Shown: piece by piece, positions 9,786 to 22,700 of the stretch
Numbering within the stretch: the stretch's first letter is position 1
Layout: every line of letters starts with the position of its first letter
Origin: Tubulanus polymorphus
Lineage: Eukaryota > Animalia > Nemertea
DNA length: 64,000 nt
Direction: 5' to 3'
NCBI RefSeq assembly: GCF_964204645.1
Contig: NC_134032.1
Location: forward strand, 14,930,275 to 14,994,274
Program-made: the position numbers and the translations under genes
The notes under the pieces: model-generated
The model's database searches: none
What the model was told of the DNA's origin: nothing
What the model saw: only the letters and a program-made list of their open reading frames with translations

Positions 9786-12700
9786 TTTTAGTTATAACAT
9801 TCTCATAAGAAAATATCTGTTAATTTCCGTCATTGAAATAGTTGGTTTCTGTGAGCACCCCATTCCCAACAAGATCTGGATTCTCGGTGAGACAGTTTCT
9901 TTTTTGCTGTGGTTCTTCAGCCCACAGGCACAACGATGGTCGGATCGAGAGGCCGTGAGTGTCCTACTCTTTTGGCCCACCACCTATATGAAAATGAATG
10001 GTCTTGAATTATCTTGTAATGCACAGGAGTGGATCCAGGGTCAGAGGAAAAGGGGGAGTGGCCACTTGAGAAATTTAGTTCAGATCGTCTAGAGATGTTG
10101 GGATATCAATCCGTGACTGAGATTAAATTTATTGGTTGCGGTAGATTCAAGAAAAGTGAAAACTAGTAAAATATTAGATGTAAATGTCGTATGATATAAT
10201 ATATTAGAATTATGGTCGTCGGGAATAAAGTTCAATTTGTTTTGAATTCTTCCTGTGGCATGTGAGTTTGCCGCTTTACCCGATGCTAATACATTCGCTG
10301 AGCAAAGAGTTCTATTAAAAGTAGCTTGAAAATAGTTTTTAAAAGCAGATTCCTTCTGAATAAAGCTTTATCGTTGATAGTATTTTTTATTTGGAAGAAA
10401 CTCGCGTTGAGTTATGGATGAAATTTGAGTTGGAAAAATATCTGTATTCCTCACATGCCAGAGTAGACAAGCTGGGCTTTATTAGATCTCAACCGTCTAG
10501 TGCTGCCCCAGTGAATAACGTTAGCGGAATTTCTGTGAACTAAAGTAGCGCATTTACGGCGCCGCGCCGCCGATGTTACCCAAGCTAAAAGCCGTACCCC
10601 GTTGTAGGAGCGCGTTCGGGGAACGGTACCAGACCCCTGGCAAGTAGAATTTGAAATGCACGGACCATTCGAAAATCCGGTTGACAGACTCCCATCTGAA
10701 ATAGCTCCATCGAGATGTCCCAGCTATCCGGCCGATCACAGGTAACCTTTGGTCTCACAGGCCGTGAGACGGGTATCCTCGGTATCGACGCAGGTAACTG
10801 GGAGGATGACACGCCCTGAGATAGGTATCCTCGGTATCAACGGTAACCTGGGTTCGCGCAGAGGCAGTGCCCTGGTATCGTTGGTTTTGATAACTCGTAG
10901 CAACATGGATGACTCCGACTATCAGTAATGTACGTAAAAAGTGAAGCTGAAGACAAATGATAATCCTTCGATTTAATTCATTCAATTAATCGTTATTCAG
11001 TTTTTTATTCTATTTCAGATTCAATATACTATCAATTGATAATCAATTTTCTTTTATTGACCCGCCCTTCGAAACCACCCAGAATCAGTAGCCAATATGC
11101 AAATCGGGTTCGAATCTGGAACAATCCTGCCTATCAAATGCACCTATCAGATGACGAATGCAGCACACCCCGTCACTCAGAACCAATAGACCGAGTTCGA
11201 ACCCAGGATACCCTCGTTTAATATCTAACAGTATCCAGTTCACTCAGAATCAGTACCAATAGACCGGACTCGAGCCCAGGAATCCCCCGTTTATCATATA
11301 TTCAATATCTAGGTCACTCAGAATCAGTAAATAGATCACCTGCACATCCTCTATTCTGCATCATGACCACTCTGAATCATTATCAGTAATTACTGGGTTC
11401 GAACCCGGGACACCCCTGTACATCGTTTATTCAGCTTCAGTTCGACTCTGAATCAGTATCAGTAATAACCGGGTTTGAACCTGGAACACCCCTCAACATA
11501 CTCTATTTCAGCATCAGAAGTAATTACTGATGAATTGTACCTGCGACACCTATTTTCAGTATTCCACCATTGATGGAATCAGTGTCCACTGCAGATTGAT
11601 ACTGCTAAATGAAATTCTTTAAGACTGATGGGACCCTAATAATTAAGTAAATAGAGTCTCATTACTCTTTTAGTTATAACATTCTCATAAGAAAATATCT
11701 GTTAATTTCCGTCATTGAAATAGTTGAATACGGAAAGTAACGGAGAGTTTCTATGGTTTCTGTGAGCGCCCCATTCCCAACAAGATGGATTCTCGGTGAG
11801 ACAGTTTCTTTTTTGCTGTGGTTCTTCAGCCCACAGGCACAACGATGGTCGGATCGAGAGGCAGTGTCAGTGTCACAATTCTGTACCCAATTCCACAGTT
11901 CAGGTCCACAGTTCAGTTCCACAATTCTGTACCCAGTTCCACAGTTTACTGATTTGAGTAAAAACCTCAGTTCAAGTTAGAACTAGTTTAAGATTAGTTT
12001 AACGCATTTACGGCGCCGCGCCGCCGATGTCACCCGTGAGGGATTCACGAAGCTAAAAGCCGTACCCCGTTGTAGGAGCGCGTTCGGGGAACGGTACCAG
12101 ACCCCTGGCAAGCAGAATTTGAAATGCACGGACCATTCGAAAATCCGGTTGACAGACTCCCATCTGAAATAGCTCCAGCGAGGTGTCCCAGCTATCCGGC
12201 CGGCGGGTTCTTCAGCCCACAGGCACAACGATGGTCGGATCGAGAGGCCGTGAGTGTCCTACTCTCTTGGCCCACCACCTATATGAAAATGAGTGGTCTT
12301 GAATTATCTTGTAATGCACAGGAGTGGATCCAGGGTCAGAGGAAAAGGGAGAGTGGCCACTTGAGAAATTTAGTTCAGATCGTCTAGAGATTTTGGCCGT
12401 ACCCCTCCATGCCACAACAAAATTTTACTGAGTATTTTCAGTACGGTTCAATCGCATCACAGGTAACCTTTGGTCTCACAGGCCGTGAGACGGGTATCCT
12501 CGGTATCGACGCAGGTAACTGGGAGGATGACACGCCCGGAGACGGGTATCCTCGGTATCAACGGTAACCTGGGTTCGCGCAGAGGCAGTGCCCTGGTATC
12601 GTTGGTTTTGATAACTCGTAGCAACATGGATGACTCTGACTATCAGTAATGTACGTAAAAAGTGAAGCTGAAGACAAATGATAATCCTTCGATTTAATTC

Positions 12701-14743
12701 ATTCAATTAATCGTTATTCAGTTTTTTATTCTATTTCAGATTCAATATACTATCAAGTGATAATCAATTTTCTTTTATTGACCCGCCCTCGAAACCACCC
12801 AGAATCAGTAGCCAATATGCAAATCGGGTTCGAATCTGGAACAATCCTGCCTATCAAATGCACCTATCAGATGATGAATGCAGCACACCCCGTCACTCAG
12901 AACCAATAGACCGAGTTCGAACCCAGGATACCCTCGTTTAATATCTAACAGTATCCAGTTCACTCAGAATCAGTACCAATAGACCGGACTCGAGCCCAGG
13001 AATCCCCCGTTTATCATATATTCAATATCTAGGTCACTCAGAATCAGTAAATAGATCACCTGCACATCCTCTATTCTGCATCATGACCACTCTGAATCAT
13101 TATCAGTAATTACTGGGTTCGAACCCGGGACACCCCTGTACATCGTTTATTCAGCTTCAGTTCGACTCTGAATCAGTATCAGTAATAACCGGGTTTGAAC
13201 CTGGGACACCCCTCAACATACTCTATTTCAGCATCAGAAGTAATTACTTAAGATAAGATAAGATAAGATAAGATATTTATTTCACTCCAACCATAAGAAT
13301 GGTACGTGGAGGCAAGATTGAATACAAAATATGGAATATAAAAATTTACAAAACATGAACAGAATTATATACATATATACAAAACAAAATAGGAATTAAC
13401 AAAATTTAATATCAAACTTTCAGTAATAAAACTATTTACAAACAAAGCAAGTACAGAGATTGAATTATATACAGCAAGATATATCACACGTATATACACA
13501 ATTCACTGGAGGGATTTGTATAAACTTAAACCTAACTGGATAAATTTAGCTAATTGTGGGGTAGGATTCCTTAATATTTCCAAGTTTCTGGACATACTTA
13601 AATGGATGGAACACGCAGATCACTTAGCAAAGTGCAGTCATAAATGAAGTGAAGCTCATCTCCTACGGTGTTACAGGCAGGGCACAGTCTTTCACTTCGG
13701 TCTATATGAGCGTTCGATCGATTATTTACCGGTAATAAATAGGAACCAATTCTGAATTCGAATAAGCTATGCACAAGACTTCCGTCAAGTTGAGTTATAT
13801 ATTTTTCAAGCCTAACATCGTTCTTATATAGTTTGAAATTAACATACTGCTGATCGTCATTCACTTTTTGAAGCATTTCTTGTACGTGTTGGTCACGGAG
13901 GACTTGTTTCACGTACTTGGAGAGCGTTTTATAATTTTCCGTGTATTGCTGTAACCATATGTAAGATAAGCCAATGTCGTCAAATATTTTCTTTATATAC
14001 AATAACCAAGGGGACTTGTGTTTTTCGCGTACATAAAGATTGAGGGATAAACGGTACAGGATTGCATTAAGTTTTGATTCTTTGCCGGTAACAGTTTTAA
14101 GCCAAAAGTTTACCATCCTCCGTTTTACCTCGATACTCATGGGGTACCGCCCAAGTTCAGCTAATACCTGCAGGTTGTGCGAATATTTTGACACTTTCAT
14201 AATAATTTTGCAAAACGTACTCTCTAATAAATCGAGGCTTTCAAAGCCCCATATCTCACAACCATATAACGCAACGGGTGCGACGCACATATCGAATAGT
14301 TTCAGCAAAACATCTATCGGGAGCTTCAAGCGTCTGCCTTTTTGTATTACCGAGAACATTGCTCTCATTGCCTTGTCATATAGATATTTTTTGCTTTGGC
14401 GAAGCTGCCATTCCAATTGAACTTAACTCCCAGGTATAGATAGTCCTCAACGATCTCAATCTCATCTGTGCCAAACATAAACTTTGTATCTATCTTGATC
14501 CTACATTTACTTCTTGCAAAAATTAAAACTTTAGTTTTATCGATATTAACCGTTAAATCGTTTTCTAAACAACATGCATACAAAGTATCCAGCTGCGATT
14601 ACTGATGAATTGTACCTGCGACACCTATTTTCAGTATTCCACCATTGATGGAATCAGTGTCCACTGCAGATTGATACTGCTACATGAAATTCTTTGAGAC
14701 TGATGGGACCCTAATAATTAAGTAAATAGAGTCTTATTACTCT
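9786..14743. repeat. Rearranged local tandem duplication (copy 1 ~9786-11668, copy 2 ~11669-14743)
   Basis: Near-identical blocks: 10736-11668 vs 12456-13248 plus 14598-14743; ~9910-10096 vs ~12206-12391; ~10550-10733 vs ~12003-12202. Confidence 0.9.
13249..14597 (-). mobile_element. 5'-truncated non-LTR retrotransposon (RT C-terminus plus CCHC knuckle; RTE-X/CR1-group-like, clade uncertain), frameshifted
   Basis: ORFs 14365-14583 and 13598-14416: VNIDKTKVLIF, YLYLGV, PVALYGCEIWG, AELGRYP, CPACNTVGDELHFIYDC. 3' AATAAA followed by a (TCTTA)n tail. TSD ATTACT at 13243-13248 and 14598-14603. Confidence 0.92.
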
Positions 14744-14788
14744 AAGTCGGCGAGTTGCAGTAAAAGGTAGCTCATGCAGGATTTAATC

Positions 14789-15115
14789 CATCCTCGCTTG
14801 CCAGGGGTCCGGTATCACTCCCGAACTCGCTTCCACCAGCCCCCTGGCCTCACGAAGCGTGATTTCATTACTGGCGCTGTTGCGCGTGACGTCATATATC
14901 GATTTGCGAAATACTTCCTTGTTCGGTAAAACGTTCGCTGATTGGTCAATTTAACGGGAAAACCAACTGAAGTCTATTGACGGTTTGTTACAAGCGCTGT
15001 GATTGGTACGACCGGATTCTGGTCGGCTAGTAACGACTCCAACGACTCGTGAGGTCAAGGGGTTCGGGGAACAGCTTTAGCGTAGTGGGTTCGAATCCCT
15101 TGACGGGTGAAGATG
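14789..15115. mobile_element. CATC...GATG-ended non-autonomous DNA transposon (MITE), family A copy 1
   Basis: Near-identical to 45765-46092. Ends are catcctc and gaagatg. Flanks gatttaatc and gttttaatc form an imperfect TSD. Confidence 0.85.
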
Positions 15116-15191
15116 GTTTTAATCTGCTGCCTGCCGTACCACAGACCTTGAAAGTCTCTACCACATTGAGAGTGGTTTGAAACTCTCATTG

Positions 15192-15642
15192 TACAATGGA
15201 ACCTTCCTGTTAACCACAAATCTTAAGGGCAAAAGTGAAATTGCCATACATGTAATAACCAGGTTTCAGATTATCCAAATCTGGATTGATATAGATATTT
15301 TAGCTTGGACAATCTACTAACAGAATCGTATTAATGAGGTTCAACTGTACTCTAATTTCATTTAATTCACTTCCGGAGCAAAAATAATCCATGTACAATA
15401 GACTTCTAACTGGAATCAATTAAGGCAAGGTGATAGTTCTAGTCACCTGTAGACAATAGAACTTCAATGCAATAGTTCAATGTGTTTATGTCTGGGTTGG
15501 TGTAGGCTTGGAGAATGATTACTCCAATATGTAAGTAACTAGACTTGAAATTAGTCGAATGAAACACTCTAATCCGTGTCTTAAGGATTAGAGAGTCTTA
15601 ATTAGACTAGAAATGATTCCAGTTAACAGAGAGTCCACTGTA
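15192..15642. mobile_element. Two degenerate pogo/Tigger-like MITEs (~15192-15350 and ~15394-15642)
   Basis: End pairs tacaatggaacct...aggttcaactgta and tacaatagact..aactggaatca...tgattccagtt..agtccactgta. Confidence 0.5.
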
Positions 15643-16049
15643 CATTATATGAAGAAAAAATAACACATACAATATGTAACGAACAACTGACCACTAGTGA
15701 TACTGATGTTACAACAACTAGTGGTTAGTGTAGTTCAATATGTATTGATAAACAATAGTTCAACCAATAATCAAACACCATAAAATCAATGTATTGATCA
15801 AACCAACAAACCAACATCCTCAGAATGAGATAGAACACAACAACTATCATTTTAAAGAAATGAGTATTTACAAACGCAGTCACAAGTACAAAATCTCCAC
15901 ATATACAGCACATACAACTATATTTCAGAAATCATTTAACAAGCATAAAAGCAAGCAGAGAAGCCCCTTGAAACATTTACACTCAAAACGCAAAGTCGCA
16001 GCAAATCAGTAATTAATAACCCACAATCAGATTCAACAACAAACCAGCC

Positions 16050-19000
16050 AATCAAACCATCAATTCATATTTATTTTTCAATAAATGTACAATGTGTATC
16101 TACATTCAACCTATACTGAAGCTATCAGCCTCAGAGAAATTGGTCGGCATCTCTGGAACTGCGATAACTCGCGGTAACAAACACTGAAAGTCCCGATTTG
16201 ACGGAGAAATTGGTCGGCATCTCTGGAACTACGATAACTCGCGGTAACAATCACTGAAAGTCCCGATTTGACGGAGAAATTGGTCGGCATCTCTGGAACT
16301 GCGATAACTCGTGGTAACAAACACTGAAAGTCCCGATTTGACGGAGAAATTGGTCGGCATCTCTGGAACTACGATAACTCGTGGTAACAATCACTGAAAG
16401 TCATGATTTGACGGAGAAATTGGTCGGCATCTCTGGAACTACGATAACTCGCGGTAACAATCACTGAAAGTCCCGATTTGACGGAGAAATTGGTCGGCAT
16501 CTCTGGAACTGCGATAACTCGTGGTAACAAACACTGAAAGTCCCGATTTGACGGAGAAATTGGTCGGCATCTCTGGAACTACGATAACTCGTGGTAACAA
16601 TCACTGAAAGTCATGATTTGACGGAGAAATTGGTCGGCATCTCTGGAACTACGATAACTCGCGGTAACAAACACTGAAAGTCCTGATTTGACGGAGAAAT
16701 TGGTCGGCATCTCTGGAACTACGATAACTCGCGGTAACAAACACTGTAAGTCCCGATTTGACAGAGAAATTGGTCGGCATCTCTGGAACTGCGATAACTC
16801 GCGGTAACAAACACTGAAAGTCCCGATTTGATGGAGAAATTGGTCGGCATCTCTGATTTGATCTTTTCCTGTTGTCTGATATTCTAGAGCCAACCACAAG
16901 CTCAATACATGTACTACAATGTGAAAACACAAAATATGAATAATGATATCATTTTTTAGACTTCTTCAAAATAAATTTCAATTATACCTGCTTTTTAGTA
17001 GATTCTGACACGTGAATCTTAGGTTTTACATGAGGAAATTGATCTGCATCATCGGTATCGTTTCCATCTTGATATCTGGTATTGTGTGACGAATAACTCA
17101 ATACTAACTACAACAACAATGTACTAAATAAACTTTTTTCAATCATAAGACTCTTCATAAAAACAAAATTCATCTAATTTCAATTTTACCTGATTTATAG
17201 TCAATTCAGATTCATGACTCGGACCTTGAGGAATTAGCTCAATTCTCCCTGAACTCTGATGTTTTCCTTTCCTCTGGTTTTGAGCATCTCTTACAACAAC
17301 AGTCCTCTAGCTACAACAAAAATACATAAAAGTAACCAGTCTCATTGAGTCGACTGTTCCTGCAAAGAAATTCATTAAGTTCAATTTACCTGATTCATAG
17401 TCAATTTAGACACATGACTTAGAAGAGAAATTGCTCAGAACTCCAGCAACTTTTCGTATCTTCTTGAACTTTCTGTTTTATGTGGAGATTCCCAGAGTAC
17501 TTCCATTTCTGGGTACAAACACTGAACGAAGTCCCGAATTGACGGAGAAATTTGTCGGCATCTCTGATCTGATCTTTTCCTGTCGTCTGATATTCTACAG
17601 CCAACCACAAGCTCAATACTACAATGATAAAACACAAAATATGAATAATGATATCATTTTTGAGACTCTTCTTCAAAATAAATTTCAATTATACCTACTT
17701 TATAGTCAATTCAGATTCATGACTCGGACCTTGAGGAATTTGCTCAATTCTTCCTGAACTCTGATGTTTTCCTTTCCTCTGGTTTTGAGCATCTCTTACA
17801 ACAACAGTCCACTAGCTACAACAAAAATTCATAAAAGTAACCAGTCTCATTGAGTCGACTGTTCCTGCAAAGAAATTCATTAAGTTCAATTTACCTGATT
17901 CATAGTCAATTTAGATACATGACTTAGAAGAGAAAATTGCTAAGAACTTCAGTAACTTTTCGTATCTTCTTGAACTTTCTGTTTGATGTGGAGATTCCCC
18001 AGAGTACTTCGATTTCTGCGTACAAACACCGAAAGAAGTCCCGAATTGACGGACAAATTTGTCGGCATCTCTGATCTGATCTTTTCCTGTCGTCTGATAT
18101 TCTACAGCCAACCACAAGCTCGATACTACAATGATAAAACACAAATATGAATAATGATATCATTTTTGAGACCCTTCTTCAAAATAAATTTCAATTATAC
18201 CTGATTTATAGTCAATTCAGATTCATGACTCGGACCTTGAGGAATTTGCTCAACACTTCCTGCACTCTGATGTTTCCTTTCCTCTGGTTTTGAGCGTCTC
18301 TAACAACAACAGTCCACTGGCTACAACGAAAGTACATAAAATAAACGTAACCATCTTTAAGTCGACTATTCCTGCAAAGAAGTTCATATCAAGTATAATT
18401 TTACCTGATTTATAGTCAATTCAGACTCATGTCACCTTAAATATTTCTCAACGACAACTGGAACAATCCTGAATGTTTCCTCTCGATCGTTTGGTATTTT
18501 GTACTAGCCAACCAAATCAATACATGCTACAACAGGGAAATATGAAATACATGTAATTCTAACTAACCCTCCTAGTTGAGAACATTCTTATCTACAAAGA
18601 AATTTATAGCAATTTATACTATACCTGATTTATAGTCTTTACTAAGTGAAATTTCTCAGAACCTCAGGAACTTATAGTATCATCTTGAACTTTCTGTTTG
18701 GGGCGTGGAGATTCCTCAGCAGAGTATCTCAGATTTCTGCTGACAACAGACACCAATCCAACACTTCTCTTTCTGGTACTTTCATCTTTCTTTTTCCTCT
18801 CGTTTTACAAATTGATATTTAACTATTTGACATTTTGATTTTTTTACCATCATAAAATTGATATTGTTTTTCTTTACATCATCGTTATTTGAGATTGTAC
18901 AAGGAATGATACAAATAATACATTCCTTAACGTTCTTTAATTTTAAACTTACAGCTATTTGTAAATTCTTTCCACACACAAAGATGGCATGCTGCATGCT

Positions 19001-19080
19001 GATCGATTTGTTTACCATGCGCATGGACCCGCGGGTGTGCCAGTGCTGTTTAGTGCAATTGATGCGTTGGTGCAAGTGCA
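16050..19080 (-). ncRNA. Putative multi-exon spliced non-coding transcript built from repeated exon-intron modules (includes a ~505-bp triplication at ~17180-18430)
   Basis: Eight AG|GTA donors, each paired with a YAG acceptor 75-105 nt away. The 120-nt exon 18320-18201 has stops in all three frames. Minus-strand AATAAA at 16075-16070. Transcription is not demonstrated. Confidence 0.4.
16133..16855. repeat. 70-bp tandem repeat, about 10 copies
   Basis: acggagaaattggtcggcatctctggaact... recurs every 70 bp (16201, 16271, ... 16831). Confidence 0.95.
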
Positions 19081-19084
19081 TAGT

Positions 19085-19272
19085 GAGACATCAAGTGCAG
19101 AGTGAGACGTCAAGTGCGAAGTGGGACGTCAAGTGCAAATTTGGACGTCAAGTGCAAAGTGGAACATCAAGTGCAGTGTGAGACGTCAAGTGCAAATTTG
19201 GGCGTCAAGTGCAAAGTGGAACGTCAAGTGCAGTGTGAGACGTCAAGTGCGAAGTGGGACGTCAAGTGCAAA
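19085..19272. repeat. 19-bp repeat array with invariant TCAAGTGC core, 10 copies
   Basis: TCAAGTG at 19091, 19110, ... 19262 at an exact 19-bp period. Confidence 0.9.
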
Positions 19273-19714
19273 TTGAGATGTCAACTGTTTTCACCAGTGT
19301 TTACGATGATCAACCATCTTTCTGAAGATGTTTAAAGCAATTTGAATTCTAACAGTTTTTTTACACTGTCACAACTTAGAAACTGGTTTACCTCATCATC
19401 AGAGTTTAGACGCTGACAATTTTATCACTGCTTAAGTGGAGTAATATAATCAAGTCACTAACAATTCAGTTTATGTCACTATTTAATTGTCAATTCAAGA
19501 AGGGAAAGGAGGGGAAGGCATTAAACCTCAATATCACCCCAGCCTTAGGTCACTTACAATTCAGTTTATGTCACAATTAACTTGACAATTCAAGAGGGGA
19601 AGGGAGGGATCACTAAATCTATATTTTAACACTAAACTTTCATCACAACCAATTGTTTTAGCAGTAATTTACCAACAGTGTTTTGTAACATATAAATTTC
19701 ATCAACACATTTTG

Positions 19715-22700
19715 AAGGTCATCAGTGTTGTAACACACTGACAATTCTGTTTATTAGTCACGTTTCTACATGACAGTTGAAGAAGGAAGGAGGAGACTCC
19801 TGAACTTAATATCACCCCAAAACAGAGCCAGCAGCAAGCAGCAGTATTAAAGGAGGTCATCAGTGATGTAACACACTGACAATTCAGTTTGTTTGTCACG
19901 TTTCTACATGACAGTTGAAGAAGGAAGGAGGAGACTCCTGAACTAAATATCACCCCAAAACAGAGTGTATCAATTAACACCCAGCAACATGCAGCAGTAC
20001 TAAAGGAGGTCATCAGTGTTGTACCACGCTGACAATTTAGTTTGTTTGTCACGTTTCTACATGACAGTTCACAACCTTCAGGTGCAAGGAACCAAAGTGA
20101 AGCTATCAAACAATAGCATCTTTGAGTATAACACTTATAAAATCCGTAATGTGATAATAATTTGCAGATACAATATATACAGAGAACCAACACCAGCATT
20201 ATTTCAATGATTCAACCACCACAAAGCTATCGATGGATAGCTGTTTTGAATATTTATACATTTAAAACGTAAAGTCGCGATGAGGACGATCAGGAAACAT
20301 AATCAATCCCAATTCACCGACATATATTACAATATATACAAAGTACCAACACCAGCGACATTTCAAAGATTCAACCACCACAAAGCTATCGATGGATAGC
20401 TGTTTTGAATATTTATACATTTAAAACGTAAAGTCGCAATGAGGACGATCAGGAAACACGATCAATCCCAATTCACCGACATATATTACAATATATACAA
20501 AGTACCAACACCAGCGACATTTCAAAGATTCAACCACCACAAAGCTATCGATGGATAGCTGTTTTGAATATTTATACATTTAAAATGTAAAGTTGCAATA
20601 AGGACGATCAGGAAACATGATCAATCCCAATTCACCGACATATATTACAATATATACAAAGTACCAACACCAGCAACATTTCAAAGATTCAACCACCACA
20701 AAGCTATCGATGGATAGCTGTTTTAAATATTTATACATTTAAAACGTAAAGTCGCAATGAGGACGATCAGGAAACATGATCAATCCCAATTCACCGACAT
20801 ATATTACAATATATACAAAGTACCAACACCAGCGACATTTCAATGATTCAACCACCACTAAGCTATCGATGGATAGCTGTTTTGAATATTTATACATTTA
20901 AAACGTAAAGTCGTAATGAGGACGATCAGGAAGCAAAACTTGCCAAAACTCAATATCACTCCAAAACAGAGTGTATTAATTAACACCCAGCAGCAAGCAG
21001 CAGTATTAAAGGAGGCCATCAGTGTTGTAACACACTGACAATTCAGTTTGTTTGTCACGTTTCTACATGACAGTTGAAGAAGGAAGGAGGAGACTCCTGA
21101 ACTCAATATCACCCCAAAACAGAGCCAGCAGCAAGCAGCAGTATTTAAGGAGAATGATTCTTGATGTTATAATGTTTAATGTAATTATTTTTATTATAAT
21201 AATGTTTAATGTAATAATTCAAGAAGTTCATGGAAGGTGGTAAGAATTAACACCCAGCAGCAAGCAGCAGTATTAAAGGAGGTCATCAGTGTTGTAACGC
21301 ACTGACAATTCAGTTCGTTTGTCACGTTTCTGCATGACAGTTGAAGAAGGAAGGAGGAGACTCCCGAACTCAATATCACCTTAAAACAGAGTGTAGCAAT
21401 TAACACCCAGCAGCAAGCAGCAGTATTAAAGGAGGTCATCAGTCTTGTACCACACTGACAATTCAGTTTGTTTGTCACGTTTCTACATGACAGTTCACAA
21501 CCTTCAGGTGCAAGGAACCAAAGTGAAGCTATCAAACAATAGCATCTTTGAGTATAACACTTTTAAAATCCGTAATGTGATAATAATTTGCTGATACAAT
21601 ATATACAGAGAACCAACACCAGCATTATTTTAATGATTCAACCACCACAAAGCTATCGATGGATAGCTGTTTTGAATATTTATACATTTAAAACGTAAAG
21701 TCGCAATAAGGACGATCAGGAAACATAATCAATCCCATTTCACCATTACAATATATACAAAGTACCAACACCAGCGACATTTCAAAGATTCAACCACCAC
21801 AAAGCTATCGATGGATAGCTGTTTTGAATATTTTTATATTTAAAACGTAAAGTCGCAATAAGGACGATCAGGAAACACGATCAATCCCAATTCACCGATA
21901 TATATAACAATATAAAAAAAGAACCAACACCAGCGACATTTCAAAGATTCAACCACCACAAAGCTATCGATGGATAGCTGTTTTGAATATTTATACATTT
22001 AAAACGTAAAGTCGCAATAAGGACGATCAGGAAACATAATCAATCCCATTTCACCATTACAATATATACAAAGTACCAACACCAGCGACATTTCAAAGAT
22101 TCAACCACCACAAAGCTATCGATGGATAGCTGTTTTGAATATTTTTATATTTAAAACGTAAAGTCGCAATAAGGACGATCAGGAAACACGATCAATCCCA
22201 ATTCACCGATATATATAACAATATAAAAAAAGAACCAACACCAGCGACATTTCAAAGATTCAACCACCACTAAGCTATCGATGGATAGCTGTTTTGAATA
22301 TTCATACATTTAAAACGTAAAGTCGCAATAAGGACGATCAGGAAACACGATCAATCCCAATTCACCGATATATATTACAATATATACAAAGAACCAACAC
22401 CAGCGACATTTCAATGATTCAACCACCACTAAGCTATCAATGGATAGCTGTTTTGAATATTCATACATTTAAAACGTAAAGTCGCAATGAGGACGATCAG
22501 GAAACATGATCAATCCCAATTCACCGACATATATTACAATATATACAAAGTACCAACACCAGCAACATTTCAAAGATTCAACCACCACAAAGCTATCGAT
22601 GGATAGCTGTTTTGAATATTTATACAATTAAAAACGTAAAGTCGTAATGAGGACGATCAGGAAGCAAAACTCGCCAAAACTCAATATCACTCCAAAACAG

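Noticed and set aside
16133-16855. HDV-ribozyme resemblance (ggtcggcat...ctcgcggt) in the 70-bp repeat
   Set aside because: P1/P1.1/P3/P2 nested pseudoknot and J4/2 could not be built.
18880-19040. RING-like fragment HAACHLC...CIIC on the minus strand
   Set aside because: Needs a frameshift and lacks the first Cys ligands; too weak to call.
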